The notes: generated by a model from the sequence alone, not told the origin. A stretch of 16,731 nt of DNA from Armatimonadota bacterium (GCA_034722055.1 JAYENL010000330.1:1-16731); one strand, 5' to 3'. Positions 1 to 8,019 are shown, counted from the first letter of the stretch. Program-made: numbers and translations.

Positions 1-459
1 CCTCCAAACGGCTGGGCAAACCTGCCGTTCCGTGGCACGCACACTCATGTGCGTGCGTCGTTGTTACGTCCGGTCACGACAGCGACAACGGCCGGGCGGG
101 CAAGGAAGCCCGCCCCTCCGTACGGCTGAAGGCGCGCGGGCCGTTGCGGTCTGTCGTCCGTGGTGCGGAGGCCCTCCTCCGCACGCCGTTTGTCGTTGTC
201 GGTGAGATCGCTTGCGATCTCCGGAAGCCCGACCTACGCGAAGGACGGAGGCCGCGCGAAGGATGGCGCCGATGCCAACGACCGGGCGGGAACGTAGTCC
301 CGCCCCTCCAAACGGAACGGCAGACGGCGGCGGTTTGTGGGACGCAGATTGCCCTCCGTGGTGCGGAGGCCCTCCTCCGCACGCCGTTTGTCGTTGTCGG
401 TGAGATCGCTTGCGATCTCCGGAAGCCCGACCTACGCGATGGAAGGCTGACCTACGCGA
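1..459. repeat. BIME-like mosaic of REP-type palindromes (three hairpin families), truncated at the window start
   Basis: Family A (+): GTGG, 8-bp stem, 4-nt loop, then CGYC, at 32-59, 160-187 and 358-385. Family B (-): GTAG-gtcgg...ccgac at 198-237 and 396-435, partial at 441-455. Family C (-): GGAG-gggcggg...cccgccc at 94-119 and 284-309, with a tail only at 2-11. A GTRG tetranucleotide followed by a palindrome is the known REP architecture. Confidence 0.8.
157..439 (+). repeat. Exact 85-bp direct repeat (157-241 = 355-439)
   Basis: Base-by-base identity at offset 198; each copy contains one family A and one family B hairpin. Confidence 0.95.
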
Positions 460-489
460 CGAAGAAACGAGGCCGTCCAGAGCGCCTGC

Positions 490-518
490 GTGACAGCCAT
501 GCCGCGGTGCGCTATGAT
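490..518 (+). promoter_or_regulatory. Putative sigma70-type promoter for the 559..3933 gene
   Basis: GTGACA (490-495), 17 nt, TATGAT (513-518); lies upstream of SD GGAGG at 547-551. Confidence 0.6.
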
Positions 519-558
519 GCCCGAAAGGTATGCACCGATCGCGGCTGGAGGTACGACG

Positions 559-3500
559 ATGGTTCGCTTTGAGCTTGCCTGCCTGCTGCTGGCCCTCACA
601 TCCATGACCGCCCTCGCCGACGACTTCGTGGTCATCCGCGCCCAGGCGCCGGACACGCCCCTCCAACACATCCCGCTGCTGGTGCAGACTGACGCCGAGG
701 GCCTGCGCCAGGCCACCGGTTTCGACGAGCTGCCGGAAGGGGTGGTCTATGCGGATGAGCCCGCGCGGGATCGCCCGCTGGCGGCGCAGGTGAACGTGCT
801 TCCCGACGGGACGGTGCAGATCGCCGCGCTGGTGGCAGCCGATCCGCCGGGCGAGCGCGAGATTCGGGTCTGGTTGCAGAACCCGCCGGGCACGCCGCCG
901 GAGGCGCCTGCGGCACTGTCGGCCGCCCAGCGGGGCGACGTCATCCGGGTGGAGAACCTGCCCTACACCATCGTCCACGACTCCGCTGTCAACGCCGGGC
1001 TGCTGTCCGCCATCGAGCTGCCGGGGCTGATTTTCCAGCCCGCGCTCAACGATCGGGTCTATGACAAGGACGGCCTGGGCGGCTTCTCCCTGCGCCATGA
1101 TCCCGAGCCGGAGATGCAGCTTAGCGCCGCGGGGCCGCTCTACGCCGAGGTGCGCGTCGCGGCTCGCTACCTGCGCGAGGATGGCAGTGCCCCTGAGGGA
1201 TCGCCCCGAGCCACCTACACCATTCGCTACTGGGCCGGGCTGCCCGTCTTCCAGGTGGAGGCCGACGTTCGCCAGGACCGGAGCTTCGCGTGGGAGGAGC
1301 TGCACCTGCTGGAGCTTCACCACCAGGAGCCGGTCTTCGAGAAGTTCGCCATCAACGATCCGGGTGGGGTGCAGGAGTTCGATGACGACGCGGAGGGCGA
1401 TCGCGGCGGGGAGTGGGGCGCGCTGCTGACCGACGAGGGCCAGACCGTGGGCATCGTGGGCTCGGTCATCGTCTACGACGGCCTCGGCGAGTACGGCCGC
1501 TACCTGCACGGGCCCTGGCGGTCGTGGTCTGACACCTCCGCCGAGCTGAGCCGCTGGGTCTATGCCTCCTCCCAACCCGGGGCGCTGGAGACGCTGGATG
1601 CGCTGGCGGCGGGTGGTGTCTCGGCCCGCCGGGCCTGGCTGATGACCCAGGGGCTGGCCGAGGCCATGGATGGCCTGCGCTCGAGGCTTAGCGCCCGTGG
1701 CGAGGCGGCTGACCCGCAGGTCACCTGGCGGCTGTCGCTGATCGAGAGCGCGGCGGTGGCGGGTGCGCCTCAGGCCCAACTGCTGCAGGTGGCTCGCAGG
1801 CTGGAGCAGGCGATGGATGCCGGCCGCGCCTTCCAGCATGTGCCGGAGCTTCCCGGCGGCAAGCTGCTCATGGCCGGCGACGGCCGACTCGGCATCGGCA
1901 TCCGGCTCACCGACGCCGGGGTGGAGCTGGCGAGCCTCTACGACATGGTCACGCGGCGCGAGATGCTGGCGGGGCCGTGCGACATCTTCCGCGTGACGCT
2001 GGGCGACCGGGACGGCGAGGCCACCGAGCTGGGCTCATCCGCCGGCTGGGGGGAGTGGAGCGCGCAGGCGGCGAGCGCGCGGGATGAGGGCAGCATCACG
2101 GCGACCTTCGCCTCGCCGCTGGAGCTGCCGGCCGGCGACATGACCGCGGAGGTCACCTGTGAGATCGCCGGCGGCGCGTCCCGGTGGCGCATCAGGATCG
2201 AGAATGCCGGCCCCTGGAGCATCGACCGGGTGGCCATGCCGGTTCTCTCCGCGGGCCCGCTGGGCGACGGCGCCGACGACATGCTCTACGTCCCGCACGG
2301 CTTCGGCCGCGGCTTCGAGAGTCCGGCTGCAGCCGGCCCCCGCTACCGGGGCTACTACCCATCCGGCTCCTGCGCCCTGCCTATGCTGGCGGTCACCGAC
2401 CCTCGCGGCGGGCTCTACGTGGCGGCGCATGACGCCCATGCCTCCACCAGGGAGATGGTCACCGGCGCGGGCTCGGACGGGGGCGTGGCGATGAGCGTTG
2501 AGACGCCGGCGCCGAACGCCTCCGTCACCGGCAACGAGTTCAGCACCTCCGGCGAGGTCGTCATCGCCCGCGTCGATGGCGGGTGGTACCCGGCCTCGCA
2601 GATGTACCGCCGCTGGGTGCAGGAGAACGCCCGGTGGTGGCCGAGCGGGGATCCGGACTACGGTCGCGACGACCGCCCGGCGTGGCTGAACGACGTCGCC
2701 GCCTGGATCCTCGACGGCGGCGGTCCGGATGGGGTGGTGGAGCAGGCCAGGGCCTTCGCGGAGTATATGGACCTGCCCGTGGCCGTGCACTGGTACAACT
2801 GGCACCAGATCCCGTTCGATAACGACTACCCCCACTACTTCCCCACCAAGGAGGGCATCCGCGAGGGCGTGGCGGAGCTGCAGGAGGCCGGGGTGCGCAT
2901 CGTGCCCTACATCAACGGTCGGCTGTGGGACACCGACACCGAGAGCTTCCAGGAGACCGCCCATCAGTACTGCACCCGCGACCGGGAGGGCGGGCCCTAC
3001 ATCGAGGTCTACGGCTCCGGCGAGGAGCTCACGCCCATGTGCATCCACACCCAGTTCTGGCGCGATACGCTGCACGAGATCGTCATGCGGCTGATGACCG
3101 ACGTGGGCGTGGACGGGGTGTACATGGATCAGATCGCCGCCGCCCGCCCCCGGCTGTGCTACGATCGCGACCACGGACATCCGCTGGCCGGCGGACACTG
3201 GTGGGTGGACGGCTACTGGCAGCTTCTGGGGCGACTCCAGGAGGACATCGCTCAGGTCAGCCCCGAGAAGATGCTCACCACCGAGTCCAATGCCGAGGCC
3301 TACGCTCGCTTCTTCGACACCTACCTGATGTGCAACTCGCTCGGCGACGGCCTGGTGCCGCTCTTCCCGGCGGTCTACGGGAGCAAGATCCTGGGCTTCG
3401 GCCGCTACATGAGCGCGGAGGACTGGGACGCGCCACAGTCGCTGGCGCAGAAGCAGGGCCAGCTCTTCGTGTGGGGCACGCAACTGTGGTGGAGCCGGCC

Positions 3501-3933
3501 GGACGTGATCGAGCACGAGATCGCCGGACCGTGGCTGCGGGAGCTGGCACGGTTGCGCTTCCAGGTGCGCGAGTTCTTCAACGCGGGCCGGATGCTGGCG
3601 CCGCCGGTGCTTGAGGGCAATGACGCCACGGTCACCGCCGACTGGCACCGAGGGGAGCTGGAGGCCACCACGCCGGCGGTGCTGGCCTCGGCCTGGACCG
3701 TCGCCGACGGCCGCATGCTGGTGCCCATGGTGAACTGCTCCGAGGAGCCGCAGAGGGTCGTGCTGCGCCTCGAGGCCGCCAACTGGGAGCTCTCCGGGGA
3801 CGCGGCCTTCAGCGTCCGCCGCCTGGGTCCCGAGTCCGAGGAGGACCTCGGCACCTGGCGCGTCGGGAGCGAGCATGACATCAGCCTGGAGGGTCTGCAG
3901 CCTGCGGCCCTGGTTCTGACACCCCAGGAGTGA
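559..3933 (+). CDS. Secreted multidomain protein with a C-terminal DUF6259-like / glycoside hydrolase TIM-barrel-like domain (1124 aa)
   Basis: Long ORF with strong GC3 bias. ATG 559 follows GGAGG 547-551 and gives a signal peptide (MVRFELACLLLALTSMTALA). Motifs HWYNWH..FDNDYPHYFP, VPYING, VDGVYMDQIAA and LTTESNAE resemble DUF6259/GH-like barrels. Family assigned by recognition, not by search. Confidence 0.75.
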   Translation: MVRFELACLLLALTSMTALADDFVVIRAQAPDTPLQHIPLLVQTDAEGLRQATGFDELPEGVVYADEPARDRPLAAQVNVLPDGTVQIAALVAADPPGEREIRVWLQNPPGTPPEAPAALSAAQRGDVIRVENLPYTIVHDSAVNAGLLSAIELPGLIFQPALNDRVYDKDGLGGFSLRHDPEPEMQLSAAGPLYAEVRVAARYLREDGSAPEGSPRATYTIRYWAGLPVFQVEADVRQDRSFAWEELHLLELHHQEPVFEKFAINDPGGVQEFDDDAEGDRGGEWGALLTDEGQTVGIVGSVIVYDGLGEYGRYLHGPWRSWSDTSAELSRWVYASSQPGALETLDALAAGGVSARRAWLMTQGLAEAMDGLRSRLSARGEAADPQVTWRLSLIESAAVAGAPQAQLLQVARRLEQAMDAGRAFQHVPELPGGKLLMAGDGRLGIGIRLTDAGVELASLYDMVTRREMLAGPCDIFRVTLGDRDGEATELGSSAGWGEWSAQAASARDEGSITATFASPLELPAGDMTAEVTCEIAGGASRWRIRIENAGPWSIDRVAMPVLSAGPLGDGADDMLYVPHGFGRGFESPAAAGPRYRGYYPSGSCALPMLAVTDPRGGLYVAAHDAHASTREMVTGAGSDGGVAMSVETPAPNASVTGNEFSTSGEVVIARVDGGWYPASQMYRRWVQENARWWPSGDPDYGRDDRPAWLNDVAAWILDGGGPDGVVEQARAFAEYMDLPVAVHWYNWHQIPFDNDYPHYFPTKEGIREGVAELQEAGVRIVPYINGRLWDTDTESFQETAHQYCTRDREGGPYIEVYGSGEELTPMCIHTQFWRDTLHEIVMRLMTDVGVDGVYMDQIAAARPRLCYDRDHGHPLAGGHWWVDGYWQLLGRLQEDIAQVSPEKMLTTESNAEAYARFFDTYLMCNSLGDGLVPLFPAVYGSKILGFGRYMSAEDWDAPQSLAQKQGQLFVWGTQLWWSRPDVIEHEIAGPWLRELARLRFQVREFFNAGRMLAPPVLEGNDATVTADWHRGELEATTPAVLASAWTVADGRMLVPMVNCSEEPQRVVLRLEAANWELSGDAAFSVRRLGPESEEDLGTWRVGSEHDISLEGLQPAALVLTPQE

Positions 3934-3947
3934 GGGAGGACGACGCC

Positions 3948-5237
3948 GTGCGCCTCGCGCTACTGATGATCCCCGGCCTGCTGCTGTGCATCTCGTCCGG
4001 GACGGGGGCGGCGACCTACTACGCCTCGCCCGGCGGCGGGGGCAACGGTGCCAGCGAGCAGAGCCCGTTCCAGGTCGCTGACTTCTGGGAGGTGGCCCAG
4101 CCGGGCGATACGCTGCTGCTGGTGGACGGGACGTACACCGGCGAGCGGTCCATGATCAACACGCCCGAGGGGACCGCGGGAAGCGCCGACGCGCCCATTA
4201 CCGTCCGGGCGCTGAACGACGGGGGGGCGCTCATCGACGGTGAGGGCAGGCTCTACCCGGTCCAGCTCTACAAGTGCCGGCACGTGCACGTTGAGGGCAT
4301 CAACGCCTGCCGGTCGAAGGCCACCGTTGTCAGCGTGAGCCGCTCCAGCCACTGCGCCGTCCGGCGCATCTGCGGCTGGGACGCTCACGACGGCAACACC
4401 AACATCTTCGGGGTGCACTACAGCGATCACACCCTGGTGGAGGACTGCGCCGGATGGGGGATCGCGCGCAAGACCTACTCCTGCTCGCAGGATGGCAACT
4501 ACACCACCTTCCGGCGCTGCTGGGGCCGGTGGGAGGGCTGCCATGCGGTCGGCCCCAAGATGGTCTTCACCTGCGCCTACAACAGCCACCACAACCTCTT
4601 CGAGAACTGCATCGGCACCTGGGACGGGCGGCAGATGCGAGAGGAGTACACCGTCCTCGGCTATGACGGCGAGCCCTTCACCAACTGGGGCAGCCGGCCC
4701 AAGGAGCCCGTGCACATGACCGACTACGGGGTCGATCAGCCCTACGGCATCTTCGGCATCGACACTCGCCCGGATCCCGGGGTGCGCCTGCTCGGCTGCG
4801 TCGCCTACCGCCTGCCCGACCAGCGCGTGGTGGACTATATCGGCATGTTCTTCGTCCAACGCACCGCCGAGGCCCCCGGGCTGATCCGCGACTGCGTGGC
4901 CTACGCGGACCCGCAGGCTCCACCCGTCCCCGCCTTCAACATCGCGAACATGGCCGGCGGCGGCCTCACCGGGGTCTCGTCGGCTGAGAGCGCTTTCACC
5001 GGTGAGGTCTCACCGGATGCTGACCTGCGCGAGACTCCCACGGGGCTGGTGGCGGAGACCGGCTGTGTCCTGGTGAACCCGGAGGGCGCCACGGTCAGCC
5101 GTCGGTACGTTGATGGCGAGCTGACCGATCAGCCGCTGTGGCCGTGGCCGATGGACGGTCGCATCGAGGTGCTCATTGGGGTGAACGTGACGGAGACCGT
5201 GTTGCGACTCGGTGGCGGCAGCGCCCCCGGGCCATGA
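3948..5237 (+). CDS. Secreted right-handed parallel beta-helix protein (pectin-lyase fold) (429 aa)
   Basis: GTG 3948 follows GGAGG 3935-3939. Signal peptide, then ATYYASPGG..G..P and PGDTLLLVDGTY, both typical N-terminal beta-helix motifs. Repeating xxxC beta-coils (VEDC, FRRC, FENC, IRDC). Starts 14 nt after the upstream stop, so probably co-transcribed. Confidence 0.75.
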   Translation: MRLALLMIPGLLLCISSGTGAATYYASPGGGGNGASEQSPFQVADFWEVAQPGDTLLLVDGTYTGERSMINTPEGTAGSADAPITVRALNDGGALIDGEGRLYPVQLYKCRHVHVEGINACRSKATVVSVSRSSHCAVRRICGWDAHDGNTNIFGVHYSDHTLVEDCAGWGIARKTYSCSQDGNYTTFRRCWGRWEGCHAVGPKMVFTCAYNSHHNLFENCIGTWDGRQMREEYTVLGYDGEPFTNWGSRPKEPVHMTDYGVDQPYGIFGIDTRPDPGVRLLGCVAYRLPDQRVVDYIGMFFVQRTAEAPGLIRDCVAYADPQAPPVPAFNIANMAGGGLTGVSSAESAFTGEVSPDADLRETPTGLVAETGCVLVNPEGATVSRRYVDGELTDQPLWPWPMDGRIEVLIGVNVTETVLRLGGGSAPGP

Positions 5238-5261
5238 CGCGGTGACAAAAAAACTGTCTTC

Positions 5262-5290
5262 TTGAAGGACTTTCCGAGCGGGGCGAGAAT
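5262..5290 (+). promoter_or_regulatory. Putative sigma70-type promoter for the porin gene
   Basis: TTGAAG (5262-5267), 17 nt, GAGAAT (5285-5290), with an upstream A-tract at 5247-5253. Confidence 0.45.
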
Positions 5291-5430
5291 TGAGGTGAAG
5301 CCGTCGCGCAACCAAACTATGTGGCCTTTGTCTAAGAGGCACTGTGGGCTGGGCTCGTTCGGTTGCCGCTCCTCAGGAGGCAGCCGGACAGGGGAACACG
5401 CCACGAACTCGCTTCAGGGAGGGTACGACC

Positions 5431-6441
5431 ATGACTCGCCTTGTAGTCTGCATGGTGCTGATCGCCATGCTCGTGACCGCCGCTACTGCCGTGGCTCAGG
5501 AGGGCGTGGAGGAGGAGTCCTGGTACGACCGGGTCTCCATGTCCGGGTACTTCCACGCTCGCTACATCGACACCGATCAGGAGGGTGAGTACGACACCTT
5601 CGACTTCCGCCGCATGTATGTAACTATCCGGGGCGAGATGGATCGGACAACGGGGATCATCACCTTCTCCCGCGTCGGGCCAAACGACCCCAACATCGAC
5701 CTCTACAACGCGTTCGTGGACTATAAGATCGGCGACCGCTACGCCATCCAGTTCGGCCAGGTGCCGACCTGGTTCGGATTGGAGGCCTGGGAGGGGTCAT
5801 CGGTCCGGGACACCCTCGAGCGCGCCAAGATCCTCGAGGGCGGCCCAGGCTTCTACTTCGCAGGCGCCCCCGACCGGGGCATCTGGCTCCGCCGCGCCCC
5901 GACGCCCGAGACCTGGGAGCCGCTGATCATCTTCGGCGTCTGGAACGGCCAGTTCCGCAGTGATGACGCCAACGATGACAAGAATGTGTCACTCGACCTC
6001 AAGTGGAACGCCCCCTGGGGCCAGTTCGGCGCATCGTGGTTCGACGGCACCTACGTGGACGGAACTGGCAATGAGGCGGACCGGGGTGCTGTCGATCTCT
6101 ACGTGCGGCTCTTCCCCGCACCCTGGGGCGTTCAGGCCGAGTGGGCCGATGGTGAGCTGCTGGGAGCCGACCGCGATGGATACTACCTCCATGGCAGCTA
6201 CCTGATGCCGAACGGGACCGACAAGGTCTACGGCCGCTACCAGGAGTTCAACGCTGACACCGCTATGACGAGCACCAACTACGAGGCCTGGACTCTCGGC
6301 TGGGCCCGCGAGCTTGACGAGAACAACGAGATCACCGTCGAGTACACCGATGGTGACTGGACGTCCAGCGGTGGTGAGGATCAGAGCTCCGGAGGAAGCG
6401 ACGACATGTTCGGCGTGCAGTGGCAGTACGCCTTCCGGTAG
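5431..6441 (+). CDS. Outer-membrane beta-barrel porin (OprO/OprP-like) (336 aa)
   Basis: ATG 5431 follows GGAGG 5418-5422. Signal peptide ends AVA-Q. Motifs FDFRRMYVTIRG, LYNAFVDY and IQFGQ..FGLE; alternating amphipathic strands; C-terminal VQWQYAF Bam-type signature. Confidence 0.75.
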   Translation: MTRLVVCMVLIAMLVTAATAVAQEGVEEESWYDRVSMSGYFHARYIDTDQEGEYDTFDFRRMYVTIRGEMDRTTGIITFSRVGPNDPNIDLYNAFVDYKIGDRYAIQFGQVPTWFGLEAWEGSSVRDTLERAKILEGGPGFYFAGAPDRGIWLRRAPTPETWEPLIIFGVWNGQFRSDDANDDKNVSLDLKWNAPWGQFGASWFDGTYVDGTGNEADRGAVDLYVRLFPAPWGVQAEWADGELLGADRDGYYLHGSYLMPNGTDKVYGRYQEFNADTAMTSTNYEAWTLGWARELDENNEITVEYTDGDWTSSGGEDQSSGGSDDMFGVQWQYAFR

Positions 6442-6465
6442 ACGACACCTGGCTGTGGCGCGAGA

Positions 6466-6495
6466 AAGGGGCAGGCCCGGCCGGGCCTGCCCCTT
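6466..6495. terminator. Probable bidirectional terminator between the convergent porin and pdxS genes
   Basis: Perfect 30-bp palindrome AAGGGGCAGGCCCGG|CCGGGCCTGCCCCTT; U-tracts are short on both strands. Confidence 0.65.
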
Positions 6496-6560
6496 GTCGC
6501 TGTCTGTCGAAGGTGCTCGCCGCCGGCCTGTAGCCTCCGGCATTGAGCGTGTGGCCCCGT

Positions 6561-7448
6561 TCACCACCCGCGCGTGGCGAGCCGCTCCTCCTCGGCGAGG
6601 GTGCGGACGTCGATGCCCTCCATGGCCGCGCCCTCGAGCCCGCGGCAGGCGTTGGCAACCTCGACGGGGTCCTCGTAGTAGGTGGTGGCGTGCACGATGG
6701 CACGCGCCCGGGCGGGCGGGTCCTCGGACTTGAAGATGCCGGAGCCCACGAAGACGCTCTCGGCGCCGAGCTGCATCATCAGGGCGGCGTCCGCCGGGGT
6801 GGCGATGCCGCCGGCCGCGAAGTTCGGGACCGGCAGCGCCCCCTCCTCGGAGACCCGCTTGACCAGGTCATACGGTGCCCCCATGTTCTTGGCCTCGGTC
6901 ATCAGCTCATCGTCGCGCAGGCCCGTGAGGTGCTTGATGTGCGTCTGGACCGCGCGCATGTGGCGGGTGGCCTCGACGATGTTGCCGGAGCCGGCCTCGC
7001 CCTTGGTGCGGATCAGCGCGGCGCCCTCCCCGATGCGGCGCAGCGCCTCGGGCAGCTCGGTGCAGCCGCATACGAAGGGGACCTTGAAGGCGTGCTTGTC
7101 GATGTGGAAGCTCTCGTCGGCGGGGGTGAGCACCTCGCTCTCGTCGATGAAGTCCACCCCGATGGCCTCCAGCACCTGAGCCTCCGCGAAGTGCCCGATG
7201 CGGGCCTTGGCCATCACCGGGATGGTGACGGCCTCCATGATTCCGTCGATGATGCGCAGGTCGGCCATGCGCGCCACGCCGCCCTCCTTGCGGATGTCGG
7301 CGGGGACGCGCTCCAGAGCCATCACGGCCACGGCGCCGGCATCCTCGGCGATCTTGGCCTGCTCGGCGCTGGTGACGTCCATGATGACGCCGCCGCGCAG
7401 CATCTCCGCGAGCCCTACTTTGGTTCGCCAGGTGGATGTCTCTGCCAT
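6561..7448 (-). CDS. pdxS: Pyridoxal 5'-phosphate synthase lyase subunit PdxS (295 aa)
   Basis: Signature motifs [50 protein letters not shown] and [27 protein letters not shown] at 7462-7458. Confidence 0.98.
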   Translation of the reverse strand: MAETSTWRTKVGLAEMLRGGVIMDVTSAEQAKIAEDAGAVAVMALERVPADIRKEGGVARMADLRIIDGIMEAVTIPVMAKARIGHFAEAQVLEAIGVDFIDESEVLTPADESFHIDKHAFKVPFVCGCTELPEALRRIGEGAALIRTKGEAGSGNIVEATRHMRAVQTHIKHLTGLRDDELMTEAKNMGAPYDLVKRVSEEGALPVPNFAAGGIATPADAALMMQLGAESVFVGSGIFKSEDPPARARAIVHATTYYEDPVEVANACRGLEGAAMEGIDVRTLAEEERLATRGW

Positions 7449-7541
7449 CTGTGGTCACTCCTGCCTCTGCCAGCAGTCAAGTCTGCAAAGGCCCCGCGGC
7501 AACGTAGTGCCGTGCGGGGCCTCCTCTGCTGCCTCAGGTAC

Positions 7542-7570
7542 AGGATAGCACCCCCGCGTCGGGGTGTCAA
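7542..7570 (-). promoter_or_regulatory. sigma70-type promoter for pdxS
   Basis: Minus strand: TTGACA (7570-7565), 17 nt, TATCCT (7547-7542), with an extended -10 TGn. Confidence 0.75.
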
Positions 7571-7804
7571 GAAATGACCGCGACATCGGCAGGGCGGGAA
7601 TCCACGTGAGAGCAGTGCACCAATCAGCAGCGCTGACCCGATCCCCACAGGGAGTGAACAACGCCGGGACCGAGGGCGTCACACAATGCCCACGGCGGAC
7701 ATGGTCCCGGCCGCTGCACAGGGGCTCATCGGGGGAAGACAGTCGAGCTGTGAGGGTGTGGGGAGGCAGGGAGACAACTCAACAGGTTTTTCTGCATTTT
7801 GGCC

Positions 7805-7833
7805 TTGACAAGAGCGGGGATGTCGATTATACT
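7805..7833 (+). promoter_or_regulatory. sigma70-type promoter P1 for rpoBC
   Basis: TTGACA (7805-7810), 17 nt, TATACT (7828-7833); T-rich upstream tract at 7787-7800. Confidence 0.85.
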
Positions 7834-7865
7834 AGCTATTCCGAGCCTGCGCCAATCGTAGCGGC

Positions 7866-7895
7866 TTGCCAGCCTGTGGGTGCTCATCCCATAAT
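7866..7895 (+). promoter_or_regulatory. Possible second promoter P2 for rpoBC
   Basis: TTGCCA (7866-7871), 18 nt, CATAAT (7890-7895). Confidence 0.5.
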
Positions 7896-8019
7896 ACTGT
7901 GTGTCCGCGCCAATTCCCCTCATTAAACGCGGAGTGCGCCTGCGCCGCGCGTACTCCGGTTTAATCCTGTACGCACGACCGCCCTTCTTTGTCCGACCGA
8001 TGTGAGGAGGCTTTCGGGC

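Noticed and set aside
1..459. CRISPR array
   Set aside because: Units are of mixed types and orientations with irregular spacing, the spacers are not unique, and no cas genes are present.
144..572. 142-aa ORF with an internal peptide repeat
   Set aside because: It is a translation of the REP array, with no SD or coding bias.
64..3876. Long minus-strand ORFs 64..1839 and 2035..3876, and similar overlapping ORFs elsewhere
   Set aside because: They lie antisense to, or out of frame within, well-supported genes and have low-complexity Arg/Gly/Pro/Ala-rich translations typical of high-GC DNA.
5242..5258. Pho box upstream of the OprO/P-like porin
   Set aside because: Only one half-site (AAAACTGTC) is present; the second is poor and not at 11-bp spacing.
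5296..5416. c-di-GMP-I, glnA or cobalamin riboswitch in the porin leader
   Set aside because: Only fragments resemble them (GTCTAAG, CGTTC, AGGGGAA); the core conserved motifs are missing.
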